This document shows positions 13,525 to 27,297 of a DNA stretch of 64,000 bases, one piece after another. The translations under genes and the position numbers were made by a program. Location: positions 30,256,001 through 30,320,000 of the forward strand of contig OZ024743.1 of assembly GCA_964016885.1 (NCBI GenBank). The letters run 5' to 3'. The DNA is from Eledone cirrhosa (Eukaryota). The notes under the pieces were generated by a model that was not told the origin of the DNA, made no database searches, and saw only the letters and a list, made by a program, of their open reading frames with translations. Numbering within the stretch: position 1 is the first letter of the stretch; every line of letters begins with the position of its first letter.

Positions 13525-14015
13525 GAAACCACCCTTTGGGTGTTTTTTCTGCTAGCATGTGTAGTGTGCATATTGATATTATACGTAAATATATATGCAT
13601 GTCGATATGATCCGTCAAGTAAAAAAAAATTGAAAATCTGCACAGAAATTGAAGAGAGACTGTGTTACACTCTTATCTGTAAGAGTGTAACACAGTGTAA
13701 TCTACAATTAAAAAAGACGATATTATATATAAACTGCATTATGGTGACATGTAATGAAAACGAAGAAGGAGAAAATATGTAACGGAAAATATCATGACCG
13801 GAAGTGTTGACATTTAAAAATTAAAATTAAAGTGAATCTTAAAATCATTATATATAAGAATATTTATGTTTAATCAACAGCTACGAAAGTTATTAAATAA
13901 ATTATGTAATATTCATTCATTATTTATTCTAATTAATCCAACTTATTTTACTAACGGGATAATAAGATATATTCAGGTCACAGTCCCGCAATCCCCTCTT
14001 TCTTATATTATGATG
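13525..14015 (-). repeat. Interspersed repeat, inverted homologue of 16235-16793 (possibly non-autonomous Helitron-like)
   Basis: Shared blocks in reverse complement: GCGGGACTG, TATCCCGTTA, AATAAATAATGAATGAATATTACATAATTTAT, ATGTCAACACTTCCGGT, CACATGCTAGCAGAAAA. Confidence 0.75.
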
Positions 14016-14823
14016 CGAATCGCCTGTAAGAGCAAAGTAATTATGTGGGATATCTATTGGAGAGAAAGAGAGATGTAGCATTGGATAGGTTTTAAATGGT
14101 GAATGAGAAAGAGAGAAAGAGAGAAACGAGAGAGGGAGAAAGTGTTGTGGTCTACGAAAATGTAGGATATTAATGGAGACTGAATGCTAGAATGTTTACA
14201 ACACTGAATTATGTAAACGGAGGGGTGAAAATCTAAACTTTATGAAAACCAAATACGACTGGTGAACTCATTTGAAACATTTTTGAAGGAAATGATAAGG
14301 GATATATTGGAAGCAAATGTTAATTGTGCTGTAGTATCATTGGTTGTCTAATATTGAAAGGAATTGATAATGCTGTTTGAAATATTCTTTAAGAATAATG
14401 TGTTGCGATTAATATTCATAAATTCGTTTACCTTAAGATGTTTTAAAATAATATCTTAATATAGTCGTTCCCTTGAAGGTATTTTCTTCAAAATAAACTT
14501 CTAACGTATAATCGGTTTTTAAGATATTTTAAAAAATATAAATGTTAAAATATAATCTTAAAAATATGATTTTGAAAAAAAAAAAGAATAGAAATTTTCG
14601 CTTTAAGATATTATTCTATAAATATGTATGTTTAGTGTGGAATAGTGGCTGAGGGTGTGTGCATGTTAATTGATACGAGATTATTATGGTTAAGTTTTTT
14701 TAAAAAAATAATCACTGGTGATCTCTAACAACTTTGCAATACTATACTTCGTCTATTATAATTATACATTCCCCTTTCATTTCAAAGGTTAGAAACATTA
14801 AAGACGCTAAATAGTGTCAAAGA

Positions 14824-14870
14824 CAGCAGTGGGCAAAAATGCCTCACGGGACCGAGATCAGCGGCCAGTG
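14824..14870 (+). mobile_element. Possible hAT-type terminal fragment
   Basis: CAGCAGTGGGCAAA..CACGGGACCG.GATC.GCGGCC resembles hAT MITE termini. No partner TIR was found. Confidence 0.3.
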
Positions 14871-15149
14871 GTCCAGAGACAGTCCACATGCTGGGTGACA
14901 GGTAGATGAAGTATAGAAAAAGGGGGAGGAGGACAAGGAGTAGTGCGCTGGTGCACAGAGGTGACTGAGAGAAGGAAATAAAGAAAGACGCTGTACAAAA
15001 CAAGTTTAATACACACATCTTCACCCGCATCAACTCTCATACCAGCTGTATACATACACCCTTTTAAACACACTATAGTATGGGCGTTGTTAACCATGAA
15101 TTGATCCGTCCTCTGTCGTGTTTTACTTTTAATATCGTACGGTATTCAA

Positions 15150-16130
15150 CATTCTTACAACTCCACAAGTACCCAAACGAGTTTGGTGAACTCATTAGTA
15201 TATGTGTTCGGATAAAAAGCGGTTAAATCAAAACCATTCAATGAGGGTTTTGGACTATTACAACGAAGTGTACTATTACATGTCATGTTCATAATCCTCA
15301 TGAAGGGGAGTATATGCGCTGTCGGTCGGAAGCGATATAGTAACTGTCATTTGCAGAATTAGTTGGCTAGAATTTGCGGACGATACGGCATTACATAATA
15401 TGTCAGGAGCGGATGTGCATTATGCATTAAATAGGTTTGCTGCCGAGTGTTGCACGGCAGGTAGGAAAATCAGTGCTCCGATGCCTGAGACACTTGTCGT
15501 CTCAATGAAGTCTATGCATGTGAGTGTTGATCCATTATTGAAACAGGTGGGGATTATAAGTATCTTGGCAGTGTATTTAAGTATGATGGAAGACAGGCGG
15601 CTGAATTAAATGGAGGAAGTCCTAAAGATGTTGAAGTAATACGACAGCTTCAGCATTCGGGCATCAACAGATTGTAAGTAGGTGTAAAAGTTAAACCCGC
15701 TTTCGTCATTTCACTCTCTGTGCCAACCTTTACCTATGGCCATAGATCTTGCTAAATGACTAAAGGAATACAATCGGGAATACAGTCAGCCAGAATAAGG
15801 TTAGAGCTAAGTGTCTTTCAAGCGATGTTACTTGGTAGAGTTTATAGCTCAAGAGTCGTTCGGGTTACTGCCTCTACTTCTTCGTATGGAGAGATCCCAG
15901 ATTAGATATTACGGACATGAGGTTAGAATGTCACAGAAAAGAATTACTGAACAACCTTTACGGGCAAAACCGGCATGTGAGGCAGGGGTTGACCCGAGAA
16001 AGATAGTTGTATCGCATCCATGAGCCTGGTCGCTCTCACCTGTGTATCTAGCCGGATCAATTTGAAATGGCTGAAATGGCTGTTTTTGACAGGACCCACT
16101 GAAGGTGCGCATGAAGTATGTGCTATTATC
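15150..16130 (+). mobile_element. Decayed RTE-clade LINE, RT and C-terminal part
   Basis: EFADD (15371-15385), ALNRFAAECCTAGRKIS, YKYLGS, LLLRMERSQIRYYGH.VRMS. Confidence 0.75.
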
Positions 16131-16234
16131 GTCCCAGGAATAAGTGGACGAAAAAGAGAGGGAGAGGAGTAAATAGATGTGCATATATGTATATATCACA
16201 ATGATGGTTGTCACCGAAATATATATAGCAGTAT

Positions 16235-16793
16235 ATCTATAATCTAAACTATAATAAAGGAAGGTCTGCGGGACTGCGTACCGTTTATTTTTTTTTATCC
16301 CGTTATTAAAATAAGTTGAATTACTTTGAATAAATAATGAATGAATATTACATAATTTATCTACTAAATTTTGTAAGCAAAAATAATTTCGTAAAAATAA
16401 CTAATTTAAAATTTACTTTTCTTCAAAATTGCACTTTCGGTATATCGTTGCCATCACCACCACCACTTCAACTACCATGTATATATAGAAAGAGAGACTG
16501 TGTGATGTCAACACTTCCGGTGGCGATCACTTAAATAAACATACTAATTTTCTGTCACTAATTTTCTCCAAATGCAGGTTATATATAATATCGTCTTTTT
16601 TTAATGTATCATGGATTACGTTACTGATTACATAAGACAGTGAAACAACGTCTTCGTTCAATTTCTGTTTATATTGTCAATTACGATTTTATTTGATGTA
16701 TCATATCTACATGTATATATATATACTTGCGTATAATAGCAATATACACATTACACATGCTAGCAGAAAACCACACGAAGGGTGGTTTTTCTG
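16235..16793 (+). repeat. Interspersed repeat, homologue of 13525-14015
   Basis: Same blocks as above. Begins ATCTATAATCTAAACTATAATAAAGG, resembling Helitron 5' TC starts. No 3' CTAG end was found, so the class is uncertain. Confidence 0.7.
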
Positions 16794-16885
16794 ATAGTGT
16801 ATAATAAAAGAAGGCAAATTTTACATATTTGACTTAATTAATTTATATATATATATACATACAAACACAACCCCCCACCCCCCAC

Positions 16886-16944
<59 letters not shown>

Positions 16945-19159
16945 CGGTAGGTATATATGTACATATTTTCAATGTGCCTGTTGGATTTCGGCAAGATGTG
17001 TAATTAATGGATCGATATAATCGAACACAGCTATCGAGATGGGTGCCTCAACATGGTACATTCACTGACGTTAAACTGAGGCGAATAGTCAGTCTGTGTG
17101 CACGGATAGATATTAAATAAAGTATCTGTTTTATGTGTGGTTCTTCAATCGTATGCTGTGTGGCGCTAACGTTTGAATACAATGTGAGCATAACCGATTT
17201 GAAAACTGTTTAACAAATGAATACCTTATACAACTCCTATAATCGAGCTAGTTGTGTATTTTGTAAACTCTCATTCATTTTCTGCATGGTTGTATAATGC
17301 ACACCTGGAAATCAGTAGTAAACATTCTCCACGCAAATATTCTCTCTATTTCTAGTAATATAATTCAGTCATGCATGTAATATGCAGTTAGAATTTATGT
17401 TGTTGTTTGATGTATTTTTATGTCTTCATTGTCTGCCATAAATAGCAATTTTCTTTCCTTGAACACGTATATATAAAGGAGACAGGATTTTCATAGTCAC
17501 GCATGAGACTTATCTGATGAGCATCATTATCATAACGCCTCACCGTATGAAATAAAAATGAACAATCAAAATAGATGAATGCACAAGTTTCACTTGTTTT
17601 ATTTTGAAGTGAGATTGTTTCGTATATATTTTCTATAGTTGATTCTTTTAATTTTGTACACGATCTCATGCGCTTAAAGCGATGTTTTATTTATCCCCTC
17701 TGGATGCTTAGAAATGTGTATAATGTGGTATTTATTTTATGTTTCTAAATACTACTTTCATACTACTACATGAATCTATTGAATTCTCTTAAAGGCATGT
17801 AAATCTCGTGCAGAAAAATAACACACACGTTTGTAGTCATCTATGACATAAGGCATTATGCTAGCGATCAAACTACATTTACAGTAAAATAATACATGCA
17901 TTTTTAGAGTAGTGCATTGTTTATGTCACATTGGTGTAAGATTTTAGAAAGGGTAATCTGTGACACGACGTGTATGCTCGTATCTTCTATTTCTAACCAG
18001 AAATATTCAGAGTCAAGCATATATATACCAGCAATATAGTTGTTCAATCATATCTTTAGCAAACATTTTCTAGATTTATTTGTCATATCTCCCTCAACAA
18101 ATTCAGAAAGAAATGTTACATTAAATATATATCTTCTGATCCCTCCAATTAATCGAAATGTTCTTGACATTTATACCACTGATAATAACTGTTCAATCAG
18201 CATTGACGGGAATACAACCCACGCCATGTGTATATATAGCCTTCAAGGATTTCCCTGGTTCGTTATTTATTGTTGGTGTATTATAAATTTGTCTAAGGCA
18301 TTCATTAATATTGACAGATTTACTAGAAACGAAACAAAATGAGTATTTTCGCGAGGTAATTTCATTAAGAGAATTACAGAAAATTACAGTATATGCCAAT
18401 GAAGAGTTATAGCAACATATAAGAACAAAAGATAAAATATTTTATATTTAACTGTGATGCTTTAATTAATTATTTTTTATATCTACCTCGGAAGATGGCC
18501 TAACAAGGTAACATTCGGAGCAGGGAGACACTATATTTCCACTATAAAGAATAAATTAGTAATATTGAATGCAAGGAATAAGGATACCGAGCCGCGTGTA
18601 ATTCTGAGTTTATAAATATCTTATAAACTTACGTGAATAATTTCTTCAGAGTATAATTATTTAATAGAAATTAAAAATTAAATACAGTATTGTTTCTTTC
18701 TCTGACCAGTGCCAATAGATGAGAGTTAAACCTATTTTTAATACTAAATGAAGTTCTATTTTATACCGTGAATGTGAGTAGAATGAAAACTGATTAATAT
18801 AGCAAACCTCATTTGAAATGAAACCAAATATATATAGATTTTGCTAAGAATTGTTCTATCTGCGTATCACTAGGTGTAATGCTGTCTGGTAACCAGGATA
18901 TAAGTACGACCTTTTCTAAGTTTCAGAGGTATTTGAAATCCGCATCGATTCTTATAAAGATGATTTGCTTCAGTAACAATTTTATATAGGATTATGACAA
19001 ATACACCTGGTATTTTTTCATGAATTTAGTGTTTTGTTCATCGACACTATAAAATTATATTTAACATTTTTGTAGAAAATAAACTCTCATAACAATACAA
19101 TATCTCTGAAATATGCCGCATGAGGTCATTAGAAAAATAATATATTTAATATGTAGTAA

Positions 19160-19535
19160 TGAATCTTAGTTAATGACCGAAAGAATACGATCGCGCATAC
19201 ATGCGGCTGAAATAGGGTTACTTAGAATGGTCCATGGAGTAACGTTACTCGATCGAGTGCGTCGCTTGGACAACAGAGACTCATTGCAGGTAGAGCCGCT
19301 ACTTCTCCGAATTGAGAGATCACAACTCCGATATTGCAGGTATGCGGTTAGAATGTCTTAGGAAAGAATCGCTGGAGAGATTCTGCAGCAAAAACAGACA
19401 GCAGAAGATCCAGGCGTAGACCCCGAGCAAGATGGTTGGATAACATCCATAGGATTGACTGGTCTCGCTGAGGACTCTGCTTTCATGTTCTTCTCGGGGG
19501 TAGAGTGGGCGAAGTAAAGGTAGAAGAAGAAGAAT
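19160..19535 (+). mobile_element. RTE-clade LINE 3' fragment
   Basis: MTERIRSRIHAAEIGLLRMVHGVTLLDRVR...VEPLLLRIERSQLRY, with an AGAAGAAGAAG tail. Confidence 0.8.
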
Positions 19536-21308
19536 ATATTTCATAAGATATTAGGAATGATAATCGTCCTTTTAGGAACTTTTAGCGCACATTTTACATG
19601 AATTAGTGTTTTATCTTTTTTTTTATTAGCCTCATACTGTATTAAACCGAATATATTTGTCGTTGCAGTAACTCATGTCATCAATATACGAAATATCATT
19701 TTCCGTTTTATATTTATACGCTTATGCATGTATCAGAATCTTGTGAAGGACGAACCATCTTTTAATTATCTCCTTTATTTTGTGATATACATATCTGTTC
19801 TTTTCGCATGCAACGTAACTACAGAACGTGGAGGCCAAGTGAGAAAGAGTAACCCTCTGAGCAACACCATCCTCTCTAAAACGAAGACATTTCGAATAAC
19901 AAAAAAACTTATTTAATTATTTCTTACATAGTCATTTGATAACACAATGTTCTTTAGTGTGGTGTCGCCTGACCCGGTCCGAGTTCCTGGCGACTACTTA
20001 AACTTGTAACTCAGCAATACTAGATGTCGTGTTTACTCATGTGATATAAGAATTGAAAGTCCAATGGTATTAATTAAATATGTAAATCAAGGTCGGTTAA
20101 TCATTATGCTTGTAAACACATGTAATAGCATTACAAATGAACAAAATATTACATGTCACAAGTATTATATGAGCTACACATCTATATTGGATCTAACCAC
20201 CCGAAATTCTTATGTTTTCTTGAGCCGCATTTCTCATACGCAAAAAAGTATGTTTGTTTCTGTTTCACACATTAAACACATCTACATTTAATATTGTGTC
20301 TATAAATATTCATGAACCTGATTAAAAAATATTCAGCAACACTACAAAATGTCTCCTAACTAGCACCACGCCTCCACCAATTACATCTCTATTACATCGC
20401 CACTAGTGATTTCGTGTTTCCTGATAATATACTTCCTTTTAAAATTCAACAATACAGTTTTCTTTCAACGTTCATCATAACCTATCTGACGGTTCTCAAC
20501 TGTTTGGAAAATTATCATTCAATACATCACACATTCTGTTTCCTTCTTCTCTCGGTAGCGTCATAACAAATGTCGTAAGATTTCTAATTTGGCAAGCTGT
20601 GTAACATTTCATCCAATAGCCCTTTTTATTCACACACCAATTCTTCTCATTAAACGAGTTTTTCTTTGTCCACTGTCATCATCTTACGTGAATTTTTGTT
20701 GTACTTATATTCTTGATATTTGTGCAAATAGGATGCTTTCTCTCACTTAGAATTGACAAATAGTACGTATTAAAATTAACGAAACTAAAAGAAAGCACAC
20801 AAATAAAACTCATTGTTTCTTATATTTTATCCGTTCAACTCATAATCATGTAATCCTCGGAAAACACTGATAAAGAATTGAGATTTCTGAACAAGGCTCC
20901 ATCCAGTACCAATACATTAGTTAAATACCATTCTTTCACCTGATACAACACAATAAAGACAGTGTGAAACATGAAAAAGGAAAAAAAAAAAAAAAAAGAT
21001 TTGCGTACGTGTTCAGAAAATAAAGAAAAATATTTGATGTACATATTATATAACTCGAAAGAGAATACACATAACTAGGCGTGCTGCAATTACATTCTTA
21101 ACATAATTCTTTACAATATGCGTCCATTGCATGTTTCAAAGTGTATATCATATTATGATCGTCATCATGTTCGCAAAATAAATAGATATACTTCAACACA
21201 CACTGACACACACCCACATACACACACACACACACACAGAGGCACACATACACACAGACACATAGACACACACAGAGAGACAGACATACACACACACACA
21301 CACATACA

Positions 21309-21340
<32 letters not shown>

Positions 21341-21960
21341 TATGTATATATGTGCAATGAGAAAAAGTATTTTTAATACTAAATTTGAACAGCTGAAACA
21401 GAAAATAAAATGTTTGGGTAAGTAATATTGAAATTTGTTTAGTACTAAGATATATAGGATCACGTGCATGCAACAATCTTATATTCTTTTATAGTCAAAA
21501 ACTCACGAATGGAAAGGAGAAAAGTATACGAAATGTTTTAAGACAGGATAACAAAACAGGAATTCGACACATCAATTAAAAATTATATGCTTTCAGTGAA
21601 TGTTCCAGATATTTTTTTCTTTTTACTATTTTTATACAGGTAAACGGATATTGTTTATGATGGTGTATTGATAATCATATTCAAGTTCCGACAGATGTCA
21701 AGAAGCTTATACACATTTTATAGATTTAAGAAAACTGTCAAATGCACAATTGTTCAAGTAGATATATACGCTTTGCTTTTAAACATAGAAAACAAAGAGT
21801 TTATATAAACCTACACCACAAAAAAATCGCAGGAAGAGTTCACTAAAATCACATGCATGATTATAAACAAATCTACGTACACACGCACCTACAACCACCT
21901 GCATACACACACGCACACACACACACACACGCGCGCGCGCGCAGACGCACACGCACACAC

Positions 21961-22033
<73 letters not shown>

Positions 22034-22425
22034 CATTTGTAAATGAACATTGAAATATCTAGTGAGATATATTCATATTTTTAGAAGTGAAAAAAGCCTC
22101 GAATTCGAGAAATAGCTGTGAAAACAGATTTTTAGCAGAGACGCTAAGCCAGCTTATCAAGATTCGTATGCAAATAAGACTAATCAGCCCACCTACACAG
22201 GCGAAAATACTATATATTTTCGCCTGTCTCAAATTTCAGAAGTAAGCAAGAGACAGCATTGATGAGAACCATTAAGGTCAAAATGGATAGACAATTACAA
22301 TCCGCTGCTTCGGCTGCAATCAGCTAGACGGCGCTGGGGGTAAGCCTTCTATTTATAGCTGGGCTTTCAAAATGTTTATTTATCAAACATACCGTATATG
22401 TTTAGATATAAAAGATTCCCCTTAA

Positions 22426-22462
<37 letters not shown>

Positions 22463-22543
22463 TCTTATGTGTGTGTGTTTGTGTGTAAAGATGTGTATAT
22501 ATGTATACATGTATATATACATATACACACACGCCCACAGATA

Positions 22544-22574
<31 letters not shown>

Positions 22575-22577
<3 letters not shown>

Positions 22578-22700
22578 AAAAGCGAAGTAATTTCAGATGT
22601 TCAAGTCCTTTAATAATAATGCTGTGATATATATTTCAATGATGACACTGGCCACACTGTTCTGTGTGCGAGTGTCGTGTCTTCATCAGACAGCTTGTTA
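22575..22700 (-). mobile_element. PLE pLTR stub carrying a hammerhead
   Basis: Hammerhead followed by a ~45-nt tail that ends in (TA)n on the minus strand. Confidence 0.7.
22621..22694 (-). ncRNA. Type I hammerhead ribozyme
   Basis: GCUGU CUGAUGA [A..GACACU..CACA loop UGUG..AGUGUC..U] GAAA UAUAUA UC ACAGC. Perfect 5-bp helix I and palindromic helix III. Confidence 0.8.
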
Positions 22701-22704
22701 CATA

Positions 22705-24910
22705 ATAAGGTTATGTTTCCGAGGCAATCCAAATTGAATCCCATTAGGATCTTAAGATAGCTAATATACCATATAGCCTTAACTGGCGTTTAGTAGCACG
22801 CTCTAACCACCTTTCTACACATACTAAGTTTTGTAATCTCTGTATCCTCGAGACACACTCTATAATCTTCTCTAGCGCATATTTACTTAATAGAAAGTCT
22901 GAGATATTCTCTTCTTGCCCCCATGCTATTTCTAATTCATACTTTTATTATAAACCTAAACCTTCTAGTAGTACAAATTGTACCCATTAGCTGATATATT
23001 CCATTATTTATTTTTTAGTTTAGGTCCTTTTGTTTGCCAACATTATTATTATCATCATTATTATAATTGGTTTTTGATGACTCTTCATTCTAGATCTCAT
23101 AATCTTTTGGCTACTGTACCACATCTATCTTCTTACGCATTAAATTTTCACTGTTACACCTTATGAATGTATATAAGAGTATATATTTCACGCTATTTAT
23201 TTTATTTTATCCTTATTTTTATTTTTATCTTTATTCGGATTCTTCTTTGGAACAGCGCACATAAACTTATTGTCAACCCTCCAAATTGACTATGATTATA
23301 TTATATTTAACTTTTAGACTCCTTTCTATTATGTAATATAGTATATCGACTATATTTTATGCCCCTTTGCATCCTCCATATATTTCTTCATTTCTGTCCT
23401 TATTAGCCTACCTTAATTCTGCTTAAGTCAGTTTTTTAGATATCGTTATGTATATGATAATAAAAAATGTTCATTCCTTTTTGTAAACATTTGTAACGAA
23501 ATATTAACGTTTATAAACTTTAATTACTTAAACTGTAGCTAATATTATACTGCCTTATTGGATAGTTTAAATATTTTTAATATTAATTTATCAAATAGGG
23601 TTTTCGAGTCATTTACAGGGGTTGTTTTCCTTAGCTTTTACTTAACTACTTAACTGCATGTGTGAGACCTAAATGTATACGTTTGTTTTTGTTTTTTAAT
23701 TTCCGGTTGATTCTATTTATTTATTTTATTCTATACTTTGTAATACTACTGTGCATTATATTTACTTCCTGGCACTTACTCACTCATCCATGTACATGTC
23801 TGTCTACCAACCTTGTAATTGTAAGTAATTATATATTATATTGTATTAATTTTATTTTATATAATATATATTATATTATATTGTATTTCTTATTGTAATA
23901 TTGATCCTTATTACTTACCGTTAATTATATGTAACATTATGATATGTTAAACCTTATATATCTTGTAAGATGCTTGTACTTCTGTATCATAACATTTTTT
24001 TGAGGTATTGTACATTTTATTTTTCCTCACCTACTCTGTAACCCAGTATGAATTGACTTGTTAACTTGAGTACATTTAGAATGTTAGTATATTGTATATT
24101 GTAAATATTATTATTATATTATTATTGTGACATCTATATTGTTTGTGTAAATTAACCGGAGATTATCTATTCTATTATATTGTATTATATAGTATATAAT
24201 TGTATTATTTATTATCATATGTGCTACTTATAAGTATATCATATTACCTATGTACTACTTATAATTATATCATATTATTACCTCATGTATATTGGGTAGA
24301 TGTATTAGTATTACTATTATTATTATTTTCATTCCTATCATGCTTATTTTTATATTCAAATTCTTAATAAGGTTTAATTTGTGCAGTTGAGGATGGATGT
24401 GTGTGTTGTTGTATGTGTATATGTGTGTGTACGTGTGCGCACATATATACATATGCATATTGTATCTTTTGATTTTTATTGTAATTTTAATGTTGGTAAA
24501 GGTATATTATAGTATATTATATTGTATTATATATAATTGCTGCTCTATATAACCACCTTTGTTTAGCTCTAGTTTTTGCTTTGGACTATATTTGTAATAT
24601 GGTTCTTAGTGTTATATACATCCTTAGTAATTTTTATCATATATTTTTATTATATATTTTTGTAATACTTCAGTGTATGTACACTCCATATTCTTCCGTG
24701 CTTCCGGCTTGTATCTGCCGATATTACTTCTTGTTGTTTTAATTGCCCTGATGAGTCCTTAATAGGACGAAACATTGTCGGCTAATAAAGACTTTTGATG
24801 TATTGAAGGCTTCTTTGTTTTACTCTCTTAATTTTTCGGCTCTGTTTAACTACATTGAGCTTTTACTGTCATTTCTATAATACGAAGAGGGTGTTTAACT
24901 CTAACACACT
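22705..24910 (+). mobile_element. 5'-truncated Naiad-type PLE (end of GIY-YIG + ~2-kb AT-rich 3' region)
   Basis: 22748-22930 translates DLKIANIPYSLNWRLVARS...FCNLCILETHSII...LLNRKSEIFSSCPH. Hammerhead at 24745, and the element ends in (TA)n. Confidence 0.8.
24745..24782 (+). ncRNA. Ultra-minimal type I hammerhead ribozyme
   Basis: GCC CTGATGA GTCCT TAAT AGGAC GAAA CATTG TC GGC. Canonical core and GUC site. Confidence 0.88.
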
Positions 24911-24923
24911 CCAGTATGTTAAC

Positions 24924-24969
<46 letters not shown>

Positions 24970-26856
24970 CTGTGTGTGTATATGTGTATATATATATGTA
25001 TAAATATATATATCACATATATTTTTTTACGGTGATGGAAATAAAAACTTACGTATAAGTTTGTGAAAGAAATCCGGAGACAGTAGTAGCACCCGATGAT
25101 TATAGATTTCTTTTACGGCCATTCTGACTAGTAATAAAACGAAATTCCGGTACGGTCAGAAAACCTCAAATCCCATTATAAAATAATTGAAAATCTAGGT
25201 ACGGAAATGAGTGAAACAATATTAATATTAGGAATAATATCTTACAAATACAACGAAAGAGTTTCTTTGTGCAAATCAATGTTATCAATCAAATTAGTAC
25301 GTATGAAACAAATTTGTTTTCAGAAAAATAATATAAATCATCGAACGGACTATACTGAACGAGATTTCGAAAATTAGTATATATATGAATATAGATATAT
25401 AAATATATCAACCTATTACTGCAGTACAATGTCTTTTGCTTACAACGCTGAAATGATTATCTCCATGTTTGGTAACAGGAAAGGTTGGTGTGAGAGAATT
25501 AACTACCTCTATTCTTGTCAGGCTATGAATACCAAGGACTTGATATAAATGTATGAAAGTTCAAGTCTACTTTTACCTTTTTTTTTTAATGAACAACATA
25601 TAATGTTACTAGAAACAACCCCAAATATCATAATGAACCATGCGTGAGATCACACCAAGGAGATTATGTTTCCATTAATCTTGCCACTATGGATAGCATC
25701 TGCCGTCCATAAAACCTGAAATAATGTAGAAGGATTTTATCTTGGAGGGCAAGTAGTAGGAACAGGTAAAGCAAAGCATTACATGAATTCTTTAAACATT
25801 CAGACAAGAAAGTGATATTGAACTAGTATGATATATATCGAAACTGGAAGGATAAAAGCTAGTGTTGGGTCTGTTAGGATTTCAACTCAAATTACAGTAA
25901 CCCGTAACAGGCAATAACGTATTAAACCCGATGTCCTAAGGGCTGCCCGAAGTCGGCATTACGGTAAGTTAAAGACACAGGATCAATCTTATATTACCAC
26001 TTATAATAATTTGCAAAGTGTTTTACGCCTGTCACACAAACTGTAGAATTTGGATGGTGCCAATGACAGAGTGAATAACATTATGATATAAAAGAAATGT
26101 GAGCTTGATGGAACAAATTAAAGAGTGAGTTACATAGGAGCTTCAAGACTATTCGAAGTGCTGGGCGTACATCAATCTTCTATAATTGATGATATCTATT
26201 ATCGTACGTTCTTCCATTCTAATTACACATACTTCTCTCAACTTGCGATTTTACACCTCCGAATTCTACAATTTGGTTGACAACTAAAACTGACACCAGT
26301 CAACAATTAGAATTTATTTAATATTGGTTTAAAGCATTCTAGCATTCTAGATGGGGTTGAATCGATTCATAGAAGACTAACAAAAATATTCGGTTGCCAC
26401 TTTTATGATATCCGTATTTTAGTAACTAATGCAATTTTAAAGGACACATTGTAGTGTCGCTTCTACAATCCATTTGTCTACTGATATGGTGAAATGTTTT
26501 TCCCAGATCGTAACGTATTATCCGTTCAATAGCTTTAGAAAATCTTAATAAGCAACGATTTAGAGCTGAAATCACGCAACATTTATGTTTGAAATTCAAG
26601 AAATAACAGCAGAGTATCTATAAATTTCAATCTTACAATCCTGATAATGGTATGACATATTCGTTACTATAGAGTAAAAAAGCTATAACTAAAAAGTATA
26701 CGAGATCATAACTATGTTACGTCATGGATGATTCAGTGAAACCCGACAGAAAAATATAATTACAAGAAATAAGACAAGAAATATATATTTTGTAAATCCA
26801 CTCCCACTGCTGTTAACGAAATACCTCACATTTCACCTTGCAGGTATAGTGAAAAA

Positions 26857-27297
26857 ATAAAATTCGGTGAGTGGTCAATGCTATTTTCTGGATCTCAGTG
26901 TATTTCGTATCTTCTCCAAGCTTTGATTCAATAATTAAGTTGTAGTTACACAACTGAAAAGCATATACATAGAAATATTTGACGTTTTAAATCTTAAAGA
27001 ATTAACATGTTCTCTCTCAATGGGTTGCTTTTACCTTGACTGAGATGTACTCATTATCTCTTGAAGCAGTGGATGTACATAAAATTCGGTGAGTGGTCAA
27101 TGCTATTTTCTGGATCTCAGTGTATTTCGTATCTTCTCCAAGCTTTGATTCAATAATTAAGTTGTAGTTACACAACTGAAAAGCATATACATAGAAATAT
27201 TTGACGTTTTAAATCTTAAAGAATTAACATGTTCTCTCTCAATGGGTTGCTTTTACCTTGACTGAGATGTACTCATTATCTCTTGAAGCCAGTGGAT
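26857..27297 (+). repeat. ~222-bp perfect tandem duplication
   Basis: 26857-27074 is repeated at 27079-27297. Confidence 0.95.

Noticed and set aside
20340-20450. APE-like RCNRDVIGGGVVL (minus) and CR1-like ESIHRRLTKI (~26360)
   Set aside because: Single short motifs, too decayed to delimit an element.
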